In this document: in pieces, positions 24,201 through 36,084 of the stretch
Numbering within the stretch: position 1 is the stretch's first letter
How the letters are laid out: each line of letters opens with the position of its first letter
Source of the DNA: Mytilus trossulus
Lineage: Eukaryota
Reading direction: 5' to 3'
NCBI RefSeq assembly: GCF_036588685.1
Contig: NC_086381.1
Coordinates: 60,636,001 to 60,700,000 of the forward strand
DNA length: 64,000 nt
Translations under genes and position numbers: made by a program
Notes under the pieces: generated by a model
The model's input: the letters and a program-made list of their open reading frames with translations, nothing else
What the model was told of the DNA's origin: nothing
The model's database searches: none

Positions 24201-27200
24201 TTCTTTATTTCGTCGTAGGACTTTTGCACTTTTTATAAACATTTGCGCTTTTATATATAAATATGTATATAAGACAATTGCGATTTTACAATATTTCCTT
24301 CTTCTTTTTTTAGTGTTTTAGGCCGTGTTCCTGTGAACTAAATATTTCATGAAAAATGCAAAAATCCAGTCAATTTGTTATAAGCGTATCAAAAAATTTA
24401 CAGAGCATGTCCACAGCGTTTGAAGCGCAAATGTCCTATCGTGTTACATGAAAAATAAAAAGGCGCAAACGACCTGTGCACCGTTATGCTATCGATATAT
24501 ATTTATATACCTGTTGCATTTATTCCATCGCAAGCTGGCATTTCGTTGTTACACTGCAGTGAACCATTTCTGCTTTGACACGTCTCGCTGTCCCATGGCT
24601 CGCAAATTCCTACAATAACAAGTGGGGGGAAAATTAAGAATTAAGTTTGTATGACCCTGACTTAGTCCGGAGCATGATGTTCGGTGGTTGTCGTTTGTTG
24701 GTGTTATTCCTGTGTCTTTCATTTTTTCCCTATTGATTAGACCGTTAGTTTACATGTTTGAAATGTTTTACGCTAGTCATTTTAGAATCCTTTATAGCTT
24801 GCTGTTCGATATGAGCTAATGCTCAATCATGTTGAAGGGTGTACTCTAACCTGAAATCGTATTTTTTTTTAATACATTGCTATTTCGATTGATAGTTGTC
24901 ATTTACACTCCTACCATTTTAACATCTTTTTATAAAGTTTTTAATGATTCTTTATATAACATCATTAACATGTACCTGGATGAGACAGAGGTGGGTATAG
25001 CGGTTGTTTGCTACCAGGAGTCCATAAACACCATGGGTCACCTAACTCATATCCGTTGTACCGACCATCTTGGTCAGAGTCCTTCCAGCATAAATCGGTT
25101 GTCCATTTCTATAAAATAAAACACTGTTGTAGGATTGTAATTGTATCATTTTTACTTTTTAAGTTTGAAAACGCGATTTTATTGTTTTATTGATGAGAGG
25201 TTGGATAGGGATCCTCCATTTCTACACTGTTAAATTTTGGTCATTTGTCTGTATTCTTTTATTCTTTGGTCCATTTTCTCTATTCTTTATCAAAAAATAA
25301 AAAATTCTGTAAATCCTGGTCTACACCCTTATCAATATAGGGAAATAAGAATCTCGAAATGGCTGGTGTTGACCGTAACATGTGAACCCCTTAAATTGGA
25401 CGATTTTTGTTTTGTACAAAAATATGTACATTGTATAAGTTGGTTGACTTATAAATGGTAAAAACACAGATCAAATACTTTTTATTAGGGATATAAAATC
25501 AATTATTTTATCTGCATACATCAATCATCAATCCGTTTCTCAGTCAACATGTACCGCGAGATATTGTACAATGTGTATTGTTTTGTAATGGGTAGTAATA
25601 TGTCTAATATTGATTCAAGTCGAAAGACCATCATAAAAAGTTGGCTAATTATTCTTAAAAAACGGAAACACAGATTGTATTGTCACCAAGCTTGCATATA
25701 TATAACGTTATAAAGTAACATTATATGATAACTCAAGAACGGTCAAAGTGACGCCATATGCACGTTCAAACTTGATGTGTGTTGTAGTAACAAGGATTGT
25801 GCATTCGCTACATTTCATTTGGCTTGTGCAAACTATTTAAGTTATCGAACGGAAACCAATTTTTGGACCGACGGACAAACGGACAACGGTTACAAACATA
25901 CATGTATGATAATGCTCTGCATAAAAAAACTTTCACGAATAGTCAAAATGCATGGGAAAAAATATTCTGTAATGTATATTTAAAAGGACAATCTTTTTCA
26001 TATGCTTATATTATTTTTTTGGGGGAAACCTCCTGAAACAAATCTCATGGGAACTTTTAAAAAGAAATGACCTAAAATTAGCACAAGATCATCCAAATCA
26101 AACTTGATATGAGCCTACAGGATCATTTTTTGGGGGCGTAAACGAACTATCAATTGATGCTTATGTTTCCATTCCGATGTTGCTGCGTATATATATGAAC
26201 ACGGCTGCTAAACTGGCACCCCTTAGCAAGATCTAGAATTATTTACTACATGTACCTCAAGGGTTATTTGAAACTAGAATATATAGTTCCGTACACAAGG
26301 AGGATATGGACATGATGGATATAGTGAATGTCTTTAGAAGTTCAAAATTAGCATTTTTGTAATTGAATAACATATGAATATTTTATAAATTACTTGTCAC
26401 TTATGTGGTGAAATTTGACATACTATAAATGCGTCCTTATTTGTAGCAGTAAATTTAAAACATCGTATCAGTCACTCCATCTTCGCTAGCCAAGGGTTAC
26501 GATCCACTCCCGGCGTTCGAACGGGAGTGGATCGTAACCCTTGGCTAGCGAAGATGCAGTCACTCCAACAATCGTGTATCGATACATTAAATTAGTAAGG
26601 AATTTAAGCAAAACATTCAAAAAGAAATGTGACTATCGGATTCAAATACTCGACTATGATGTTGTCATCTATAATACTTGACCGAGATACAATGAGTGTA
26701 TGACTACAACAGCTACCTAGCTGTCTTACCATATTTGGCCGAGTTTAAAAAAGAAGTGCAACAATTTGTCAAACCAAGCTGGTGGATTTGTTTTAGAATA
26801 CAAATCTCGGTTAAACCATCAAATAACAAGACTGATCAAATTGTCACAATTCGGCCGCTACCGTACGTCATGCATCTAACGGCGAGTAGCGGAGTCACTA
26901 CTAAAGGTTTCCCAATTGAGGACTGATCAACATGTTACACAATTAAAAAAAACGTAATCTTTTGATTTATTGTTTGTTGGATTGGTGTTTAACGCCACTT
27001 TAGGTTTTACTGAGTCGGTGGTCGGTAGAGAACTAGCATCGGCTCTTGATATAGTAGTACGTTTACTTACACAACTCGACCACCGGGGGCCGCTAACAAA
27101 TCTTTTGATTTGCTTTCATGATCTTTCATGTCATTTCATCAATACGTACTAGTTTAAGTTTAGAATGTCGTATTTTTTTACGTTTGTATTTTTTATATGC

Positions 27201-28514
27201 ATGAAAACTTTATAGATACAAATTATTTCCCATCAAGTATAAGGACATTCATAATTGGTCATTGTACTTTCGCCTGGTCGTTAGTCGACGTAACAGACCA
27301 TTTATATGGCAGTTTTATTTCCTTTATATGTAAATGCTAGTCCTGGGTTCATGACCTTAGAAATATTTGATGATAACGTTGGCCTTAGTGAATACTAGTA
27401 TTTCAATATAAAACCAAACAAACACCTCATTATAAAAGACAGCAACTGTATAATATTAACTTTGAATAAGAGATCTACTAAAACGTCCATAAGCAAATGC
27501 TGCTGAATTACTTATAATAAAGGTAAACTATTGGCTAGAAATACAATAACGTTTTGCAGAAGATAATGTAAGCTCATTATGTTTTATTGGAGTAGGCCAA
27601 ACAACGACTTAATGAGGCAACAGTAGCTAGATGGGGAAGCTATTTTTGGGTAGTTCTATAGACGTTTAGACGAGAAATTTAAATGTGAAGCTTTTCGGGT
27701 TAAAACAACGCTAGCTTATTATGGACAGCAACATAACTGTATTCGAGTAAGCAATACTAGCTCTTGAGATACTATTAAAAAGAAAGCTTAATGAGTAGCT
27801 TTTAAGGAATTTAAAAAGAAGAATATCAAGACCGAAGCGTTTTGCAGAAGGGATTTTTAGTCGAAAGCTAGTATAACTTCCCTAATTAGGTCTTTACGTA
27901 TTTTCCCAAAAAGCTATATCCATTCACAACTATTTTAAAAATTGACTGTTTTTAGAAGACTACTTTTTCTTTAGCCACTAATCTCAGATAGCCAATTTAA
28001 CAATTACTTCAGATTGGAATAAAAGACAATAAAAAGAAAGTTGTCACTTTTCTGTTTTTCCCAGCTTGTACTGGACGACATTTTACAATCTGGTTATCAG
28101 TTCCCTCTTTAACTTCTTGTATGAACTCTATACTATCATGCTTTTTATATATGTTTATTATTTACCAGAAGTTAACAAATAATCTTCTTTGTTTTTCTTT
28201 TTTCCTATTGTTCTTATACATAATTGGCTAATCATCAGGCGTTATCTAAGGACAGATTCAGTTTCCTTAATAACCATGTGGTCATTTATAATAAATATTA
28301 CCATACTTACGAAACCATTTAGTTTGAAGTCTTCACCAAATGGATTTCGAGGCCCAGAGCCCAGTGGTCCCATATGACCAACGCCTTTCCATATCTGAGT
28401 GGCATCGCATGGGTCTTTAACGTTTAGTCCATTTGGAATAAAGGCCTGAAATTGATAATATCCAAAACATTTATAACAAGACGAGAACAACAACACTATA
28501 CTAATAATATGCAT
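17676..28514 (-). CDS. Secreted temptin-domain / copper type II ascorbate-dependent monooxygenase (DBH/MOXD1-like) fusion, 548 aa, 8 exons: 28311-28514, 24976-25108, 24511-24609, 23142-23312, 21527-21699, 20514-20757, 19233-19329, 17676-18201
   Basis: All seven introns are GT-AG with matching phases (0,1,1,1,0,1,2); total 1647 nt. Signal peptide MHIISIVLLFSSCYKCFG; temptin motifs IPNG..V.DPC, GVGH, NPFGEDF, WTTDLC..DSDQDGRYNGYELGDP.C.W, SHPG; monooxygenase motifs SYVC, EAGVRIG, YNP...DSSGMTLYYTPKLRRFDAG, HMHRLG, LLPGD.LKMTCEYNS, EMC..LLYYP. Confidence 0.92.
19233..19329 (-). CDS. Monooxygenase exon 7 (GRKQKIEIHRGGKLQQIVTNDTNYKVVHPHYFW); not in the ORF track
   Basis: Acceptor tttttaag|gt; donor ttg|gtaagc; phase 1-2. 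Confidence 0.88.
19918..20440. repeat. Two family-A-like terminal repeats in inverted, end-to-end arrangement
   Basis: 19918-20110 is the reverse complement of about 20140-20320 (ggatggagagttgtctcattggcactca / tgagtgccaatgagaactctccatcc). Confidence 0.8.
20514..20757 (-). CDS. Monooxygenase exon 6 (FQYYNP...GMNHMHRL)
   Basis: Acceptor ctgcag|ttt; donor ctag|gtaagt; CuM HxH at 20521-20529. Confidence 0.92.
21157..21450 (-). mobile_element. Retrozyme-like / Penelope pLTR-like repeat carrying a minimal type I hammerhead (21188-21240) with a mutated core
   Basis: Minus strand reads ...CA CUAAUGA GUCU-loop-AGAC GAAAC GCGC GUC UGGUG; CUGAUGA is changed to CUAAUGA. Second copy at 50126-50299. Confidence 0.75.
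21527..21699 (-). CDS. Monooxygenase exon 5 (DPRRQFNR...EAGVRIGIKGFRQVMVA)
   Basis: Acceptor gttttag|at; donor gct|gtatgt. Confidence 0.9.
22820..23055. mobile_element. Decayed Helentron-associated (HINE/pearl-like) element; similar relic at about 25665-25928
   Basis: (gacg)n microsatellite; atacgcccgt...acgggcg.ataaaa subterminal inverted motif; one core repeat. Confidence 0.55.
23142..23312 (-). CDS. Monooxygenase exon 4 (DVKNVTLRLP...ILHGITVFGC)
   Basis: Acceptor tttatag|at; donor tgtg|gtaaga. Confidence 0.9.
23595..24175 (-). mobile_element. Tandem, decayed retrozyme-like monomers (about 280-320 nt period) of a second hammerhead family
   Basis: Hammerhead relics at about 23597-23625 and 23913-23950 (related to 16449 and 18245-18290); structured motif repeated at 23832-23878 and 24109-24166. 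Confidence 0.55.
24511..24609 (-). CDS. Monooxygenase exon 3 (GICEPWDSETCQSRNGSLQCNNEMPACDGINAT); not in the ORF track
   Basis: Acceptor ttgtag|ga; donor acag|gtatat; 99 nt, phase 1-1. Confidence 0.88.
24976..25108 (-). CDS. Monooxygenase exon 2 (KWTTDLCWKDSDQDGRYNGYELGDPWCLWTPGSKQPLYPPLSHP); not in the ORF track
   Basis: Acceptor ttttatag|aaa; donor ccag|gtacat; temptin Ca-binding-like motif. Confidence 0.9.
26478..26556. mobile_element. 79-bp palindromic MITE with 9-bp TSD
   Basis: Perfect 35-bp arms catcttcgctagccaagggttacgatccactcccg, 9-nt loop, TSD cagtcactc on both sides. Confidence 0.92.
28311..28514 (-). CDS. Monooxygenase exon 1 (signal peptide and first half of temptin domain)
   Basis: ATG at 28514; donor ttc|gtaagt. 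Confidence 0.9.
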
Positions 28515-28686
28515 AGTACAAATGTAAAAATTTCTGTCGCTACATAAATAAACCTCGTTCCTGACAAGTATGAATATATAAAAAGTGATTCAAGTCATTT
28601 CATTAGGACAGGTAGAACAGGTTAGATCATAATTACTCTGATGAATGTGTATTGTTGTGATACGTTCGGGAGTGTGGTCTTTTATT

Positions 28687-30625
28687 GTAAAATTGAGAAT
28701 GGAAATGGGGAATGTGTCAAAGAGACAACAACCCGACCAAAATAAAAAACAACAGCAGAAGGTCACCAACAGGTCTTCAATGTAGCGAGAAATTCCCGCA
28801 CCCGGAGGCGTCCTTCAGCTGGCCCCTAAACAAATATATACTAGTTCAGTGATAATGAACGCCATACTAATTTCCAAATTGTACACAAGAAACTAATATA
28901 AAAATAATACAAGACTAACAAAGGCCAGAGGCTCCTGACTTGGGACAGGCGCAAAATTGCGGCGGGGTTAAACATGTTTGCGAGATCTCAACCCTCCCCC
29001 TATACCTCTTACCAATGTAGAAAAATAAACGCATAACAATACGCACAATAAAATTCAGTTCAAGAGAAGTCCGAGTCTGATGTCAGAAGATGTAACCAAA
29101 GAAAATAAACAAAATGACAATAATACATAAATAACAACAGACTACTAGCAGTTAACTGACATGCCAGCTCCAGACTTCAATTAAACTGACTGAAAGATTA
29201 TGATTTCATCATATGAACCTCAGGCACAATTCTTCCCGTTAGGGGTTTAGTATCATACCATCATAACATATATGAGAAGAACATAACCCGTGTCATGCCA
29301 ACAACTGTTTTTAGAATAAATGTCTTTAGTTCCGACGCAAAGACCTTATCAGTGACTCAATATTAACGCCAAAATATGCAATCTTTAATGACTTGACAAC
29401 AGTATCGTAATTATATCCCTTCTTAATCAGTCTATTTAAAGGTTTTGTAAGTTTCTGATGTGAATACTGACACCTTTGTGCTTTATAAAGAATATTTCCA
29501 TAAAAAATTGGATGTGAAATACCTGAACGTATAAAAAGTCTGCATGTTGAGCTATATTTACGAAAGATGTCTTTATACCGATTATAAAATTTAGTAAAAG
29601 TTTTGACTAGTTTGTGATATCGAAAACCCTGGTGTAATAATTTTTCAGTAATACATAAATTTCTCTCGTTAAAATCTAAAACATTGTTACAAACACGAGC
29701 GAATCGTACAAGTTGAGATATATAAACACCGTAAGATGGTGACAAGGGAACGTCACCATCTAAAAACGGATAATTAACGATAGGAAATGAAAAATCATCC
29801 CTTTAATCATAAATTTTAGTATTCAGCTTTCCGTTAGTGATATAGATATCAAGATCGAGGAAAGGGCAGTGGTCATTATTAGTATTAGCTTTATTTAAAG
29901 TAAGTTCAGCAGGATATTTCATTAATATACATACTGAAGTCGTCATTATTGAGAGCCAAAATATCATCCAAATATCTAAAAGTACTATTAAATTTGTTTA
30001 TCAAATGTTGTTTTGATGGGTCTTTGCTTATTTTTGTCATAAATTGTAACTCATAACAATACAAAAAGAGGTCCGCAATAAGTGGTGCACAGTTAGTTCC
30101 AATTGGAATTCCGATAATCTGACGATATACGGAATCCCCAGAGCGAACAAAAATGTTATCTAGTAAAATTTCAAGGGCATATATAGTATCAAAGCATGTC
30201 CAATTAACATAGTTTTTTTGTTTATTGCTACTAAAAAATGACCTAAAAGAGTTTGAACATATATATTCACATTCTTATTTTTTGAATGGACATTTAATTA
30301 GGTGTGTGAATTTTTTCTTAATGAGAATGTGAGGCAATGTGGTATACAGGGTAGAAAAATCAAAACTTTGAACAGATTCAAAATCACCAATATGAGCATG
30401 CAATTTATCAAGTACTTCCAACGAGTTCTTGACACTCCAAAAGTAATTTATTCCACTATTTTCGAAGGCCTTATTTGAACAATGTATTATAAGGTTTTTA
30501 ATTGTACCAAGTGTGCTGGTAAGAAGAATAGACAATTTAGTAGTTGAACAATGGCTTGAAGACGAAATAAATCTATATTTGTAAGGGGTTTTGTGTAGCT
30601 TTGGAAGCCAATACATAGTTAGTAC
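28687..30625 (-). mobile_element. 5'-truncated Penelope-like retroelement (family B): RT pseudogene 29326-30620 plus about 640 nt of 3' region
   Basis: MYWLPKLHK, FDFSTLYTTLPH, GIPIGTNCAPLIADLFLY, RYLDDI, CPFLDLDI, PSYGVYISQLVRFAR; premature TAA at 30275 and a frameshift near 29915. Confidence 0.9.
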
Positions 30626-32859
30626 CCATCTCAATGAAATGTTGGATGCTAATACGTTAATTGTCGTTATTTGTGTTTTAAACCACATTTTTGTCAGAAC
30701 AAATGTCGTTGATATACGTGTTTGTAAAATGTGCACTATAAACGTCAAAATATACTGTTTGGAACATATATATATAGAATAATACATGGAAAATTCGTAT
30801 CGCAAGCTATATCACCACGATAAATCAATATCAATCCCTAAAGTTATCAAAGGCCGGGACATTAATACTCAAAAGTCAATATTAAAACTGTCCATGAAAT
30901 ATGAAAAAGACCATCTCATAAACAAAAGTATACAAAACACAACGTAGAAGAGTTAGACTGAGCAACACAAACCCTAACAAAACAGGCGGTAAGCATGGGT
31001 TCTTCGGAAGGGTAAGCAGATACTGCGCCACATGTGGCACTCGTTGGGTTGCGTGTGCTAATACAAACATAGCAATAGTCCAATAACCAAATACATGCCA
31101 TCCCTTGCGGGCGTTCTGATCCAAATAAAGATATTGGATCCGTAGATTTATCTTATTATTCACACATGTACACGCGAAGGCACCTATGTTATAGTATTGC
31201 CAGAATATTTTACTAGTTTGCAGAATGTTGAATATGACATGGTGTATTGATTACTGCAATGACACAAAATGGTTACGTTTCTTTGCAGATCACATGCGCT
31301 TTTATTGTTGTCCTTCATCTCACATTTATAATACGTTTCCACACGGAGGGCTCACATCTTACTGCGAGTTATGGCTTTCTTTTATTCTGCTGGTATTAAG
31401 AGTGACTCACTTTGTGTTCTTATTAAAAAAAAAATTGTTCCGTAGTCATGCATGTCCAGTTTTGATTTTGATTATTTTGATTGTTTTGTTCTGCATGTTC
31501 CCCGTTTGTTTTGGTTTCTGTTGTTTTCTTCATATTACGGTTGTTGCGTTGTCCCATGTAACAAACTCGAAACATAAAACTCGAACAATTCGCGAAATGT
31601 GCACGCAACTCTTCGAAATTTTGCATGAACATTCTATGACGGGATATATTTCAGTATTGGTTGACATTGCTGTCTCCATTTAAAATTTGCATACATATTT
31701 TCAAAAGAATATGATGTACGGAAATGTCCCATCGGAAATTTAATTTGCAGTTCAAAAATAAAATTTTGACAAGATAATTTATTGAATTGTATGCACGATC
31801 GTTTTGTACTAAGTGTTTGCTCCCGAAATTCGAATTGAAAAATAAATTGAGCTACATAATAAATTCAAAACAATAGATTTGCAATGTCTTGCGGAAATGT
31901 CCGAGTTCAACTTTCATGCCTTCACAAAAACTTTTACGGAAAAAAACCGGATATTTGATTTTGTGATGATTATTTTTCGGCCTTGATAACTATACCAATA
32001 AAAAGTACTTTTAAAGTTGAAGTTGTTACACCAAATAACATTAATATTACAGGGTTATCTATAAAAAATACGGATTAATGAAAATGTCTTGCAAGTTTGT
32101 CCGTTATCATAATTTGACGTCGCTACAAGCGTAATATGCTAGGAACGGCATGCACTGCGTGTGCCTTCCTCCACTAAATATAAATGTCCTGCTTTCAACA
32201 AAACGAAATCATGCACACATTACAAAAATACATATCTATAAGACTGTCAAAAAGTAAGAACACTTCAGTATCATAAGTATAAGCTATTGTGTGTCACTGC
32301 TTGTATAAAATCATACTCGGGTTGAATATATAATGCAGCAATATTCCTCTAAAAACACATAATTACTAACAGTAAAAATGAATATCCTATGTTAATTATA
32401 AAATCATTGGATTCTCACGGCATTTATACCTGTGTGTTATAATTTGCATTTACCCAAAAAGGAAAGCAGGAAGAATTAGATAAAGCACGTTTCCAATTTA
32501 ACGTCATTTTTATGTTACACTAAATGGTAGCACTATCTGACGTTGCGTCTGTACATATTTAAAACGTTCCTGAAAGATGAAGATGACTATGATTTCTAAT
32601 GAGGTAACTTTTCAGGAAGCGCAATCCGATTTATTTACTTTTAAATATCCATTCCTTGTAAATTAATATCCATACATTGGGAAAAAAACCTTGAAAGAAT
32701 CTGCCCCGTTTTTTTTGTTTTGTTTTTTTTAATTTTCAGTCATTTTATTTCAATTTTGATTGATTGGTTGATTGCTTGCAGTGGTAAACATTTCATGATA
32801 ATTTTTCAATTCATATCAAACACTTTGAAAAATGACGAATTCAGTTTAATTTTACCGTA

Positions 32860-33067
32860 AAACAGAAAGTTGTTTGTAAAAATTTCTATTCTGATTTTCC
32901 GGAAGTTATTTTCCGATCTCGGCATTAGTTTAGAATTTGATTTGTTCTCTAGACTTTACATTAAATGTTTGGAAGCTCTTGAAAATTGCCGAAAGGAAGG
33001 GGCGGGAACGACTTGGTACACTAATCAAGTGCAGGAAATAAGTCGTTTTTCTCTTTACAGATTAATG
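32860..33067 (+). promoter_or_regulatory. Candidate housekeeping-type promoter and first non-coding exon
   Basis: Locally CpG-rich; ETS-like ccggaagt at about 32899; GC box ggggcggg at about 32999; donor atg|gtaaat at 33068; CpG depletion sets in downstream. Confidence 0.4.
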
Positions 33068-33412
33068 GTAAATGTATAAGATATGCAATAGATCCAAAGA
33101 TTAACTTCTAATATGATCTATTTTATAAACAATAATTCATTTTTCTGTCGCACGATAAATTAATAGGCAAATCATGTTTGCCGGTGAAAAAAGAGGACAG
33201 GATAACCAAAACGGTTCAAAAATTAAAAACAAATAAAATCAGACAGCACCATGATAAAAATAAAAATATCCCAGACAACTAGATTAATAAGCCAATGAAC
33301 ACTGCATAGAAAAATAAAGATTGGACAACACAAAGTCGATTAAAAACCTGGTCAAACTCTACTGGTACTGTGAGTCTATGGTACAAAACAAATGTAGGGT
33401 AGGCAGTAATGT

Positions 33413-34128
33413 AAGAAGCAGAAACACTAGCAGTTGATGACATAGTGTTTACAAAACAAGATGTAAAAAAAGCAGCTAGAAATTCTGTTACAAAAAAATG
33501 GCAACGCAGATGGGAAAATAGTGATACTGGACGTCATTATTTCAGATTTCATCCTGAAGTTAAAGATAAAGTTAAAAAAGACTTCCCGTCAAAAAAAATG
33601 TACAACATAATCAACAGTTTACGAACAGGTTATTCTAAATTAAATGCATACCAATTTATAATAAACCTGTGATCACTGCAAACAAAAAGAAAATGTACAA
33701 CACTACCTTTTTGAATGTGACCTGTATTCAGATGCCAGAGACAAATTATTTCATCAAAATACTTCATAACAGGACAAATTCCAACAGATCTAGACAATTT
33801 ATTAACAATCAATTTGCCAAATGCAGAAAATATCAATCAACTATTAGCGGAGTACATAGAGGAAACAAACCATTTTAGTGGATAATTTGATACAAATTTC
33901 TTAATTTTTTTTTTATTTTTAATTTTTCATGCCATTTCAATAACCTAATAAACCATTTTTTAAATTTATTTCACTTCATACAATAATTCTATAATATTTA
34001 TAAAGCGCCACCTACAATATATAAGTACAAAGGAGAAACTACATTTGTGATAATTATTTTACAAGAGAGGATAATTTACAAGAGAGATTACTCTGTCATC
34101 ACGACAAAGATTGAAGATTGAAGAAGAA
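33413..34128 (+). mobile_element. 3' end of a non-LTR retrotransposon (I/Nimb/Ingi-like), decayed
   Basis: KWQRRWENSDTGRHYF...LRTGYSKLN, then a frameshifted CDHC.QKENVQHYLFEC zinc knuckle; 3' tail gaagattgaagaagaa. Confidence 0.75.
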
Positions 34129-34595
34129 AGCAGTTTCTGCTTCACGCGTCATGTTAATATGAAGCAGACATTACCTGTGAAAGGGGCCGAAGTCTATGAT
34201 TTTTTTTTAATTCAAACATATCTTAATTTCAAAAGGGAAATACCGTAACTTTTCCAATTTTGGTTCTGTTGTTAGGGATTTTAGTTGTGACGATATTTAA
34301 GTTATGACGTCATATGCAATGTAAACAAAGAAACGCTATCATTAGGTAACGTTTTTTCATATCAAGGAATTATTAAAAATGAAATTGATATTGCATTCCT
34401 TCCTATTTTATACATGTTATACTAGACTGATAAATATATATTTTACTGAAAATTTCATGCAAACAAGACTGTAAAAGGGAAGTACATTGTAGATTTCTGC
34501 GCAGATGCAGGAATTCAAAGCATGACATAAAAAAAATTGAACGATTTTAAGTTCATTAGTATTTTTTTTTTTTATTGAATTTTCTACTGTTATTG

Positions 34596-34732
34596 TAGTC
34601 CCAATAATTATGACATCTGGCAAGGCTATTTTATTTTTTTTCTGGGACGCCTTCCTACATACATACATTGTAGGAAGGCGTCCCAGAAAAAAATTAAAAT
34701 AGCCTTGCCAGATGTCATAATTATTTGGACTA
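34596..34732. mobile_element. 137-bp palindromic MITE with TAG...CTA ends and 9-bp TSD
   Basis: About 64-bp near-perfect arms, 9-nt loop tacatacat, TSD ctgttattg on both sides. Confidence 0.92.
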
Positions 34733-34989
34733 CTGTTATTGGAGACTTTGTCCCTATACTAAATGCAAGTGAAAAGTTGGTATTTATATGGCTACAGTAA
34801 TTTAAAGTGTCTAAGTGTCTAGCTGCGAAAACTTAGCTCTTAAGGTCCTTTTGATGATTTTTGATATTTGCAGACCAAAGATGGCAAAAAAAAAATCAAA
34901 GGACAATAGAGCTACGTTTTCGCAGCTACTAAGTGTCATGCCTGGTAATGTGAGAGACCATGAGTACTCAAGTGTAGTAGTGGTTGCAT

Positions 34990-35870
34990 TGGGTAAAAGT
35001 CAAATTGGCACCTGGTCAAATCAGTACTCATAGAAAAATCCAAATCGACAAAAAAGGCATCTGGTTAAATTAGCACCAATATAAAATCAATTTGGCATTC
35101 ACAATAATTTGTTAAAATGTATATATGAGTACATTTGTACTTATAAAAATGTATATTAAATGGTCTTTCTATCATGTCTAGTTTAATTATTTAAAGAAAA
35201 CTTGAGGTTGGATTTTATCATCTATTACATCATTAAAAATAATCAAGCAGTTAGAATACTTCTAAGTAATTAGGATTGTTTTTAAAGTTTTCTCAAAATG
35301 TTTCGATTAGTTATTTTTTCCAATAAATCAATCAATAACTTCCAACAATTAGATAAGCAACAAATTTGTTGTTTTAATGCTATACAGGTAGATATTGTTG
35401 TTTTTTCTTTGAATAGCCAGTTTAGGAAGTTAGGAACTGAAATGAAAAAAAAGGACTCCTTTACCACCTGAAAATTAGAAGCAATAAAAGGGAAACCTAT
35501 CACTAATTACAGTCACATGCAAAATAATCAGCAATTAAAGCAGTATTTCATGAAAGGTTAAACAGCATTAAACCAATATATTCATGATATTCAAGCAAAT
35601 TGTTCAACTGGTAAAATATATCACAAATAGAGAATACTTTGAGGACACGTTAGGATTAACAAAAAAAATGAACAGAAACCACCAAAATACTTTAATAATC
35701 ATATTTCAATAATCCCCTTCTTTATTTTATTTTTTTGCCGAAAATACTAAAGAAAAAAAATATATATTCAACATATTAAACATAAGTGCCGAAATGACTA
35801 CATTGTGTGCCGATTTAACATGTTTAACCAGGTGCCAATTTGACTAGCTGTCGATATGACAAGATTCCAA
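34990..35870. mobile_element. Decayed non-autonomous DNA transposon with subterminal repeats
   Basis: gtcaaattggcacc-type motifs on the left; ggtgccaatttgac / gtgccgatttaac motifs inverted on the right. Confidence 0.45.
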
Positions 35871-36084
35871 TTTATCATGTTTATTCAGACCTGTGCCAAT
35901 TTGACTAGAATTCCTAATGGTCTGACTTAAAGTATGTGTTGGTCTATTCTTTTCTAGGCTTTCTAGTATTGACTTTACATTAGGCTTGTCTTTTATCTCC
36001 TTCAAAATTCAAGTATCCTAATCATGCTTATCAAAATATGACATTATAACAGATGGGGGAGGATCTAAAAAATAGTCCTATTGG

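Noticed and set aside
29900-30280. In-frame stops in the Penelope-like RT as selenocysteine recoding
   Set aside because: The stop at 30275 is TAA, the TGA near 29906 arises only after a frameshift, and no convincing SECIS was seen.
30626-31683. Long ORFs 31225-31683, 30882-31163 and the N-terminal part of 30275-30805
   Set aside because: Low-complexity F/L/C/I-rich translations overlapping repeats, with no motifs or splice support.
33061-33067. 7-nt microexon (tttacag|attaatg|gtaaat)
   Set aside because: No upstream donor was identified; the end of a first exon explains it equally well.
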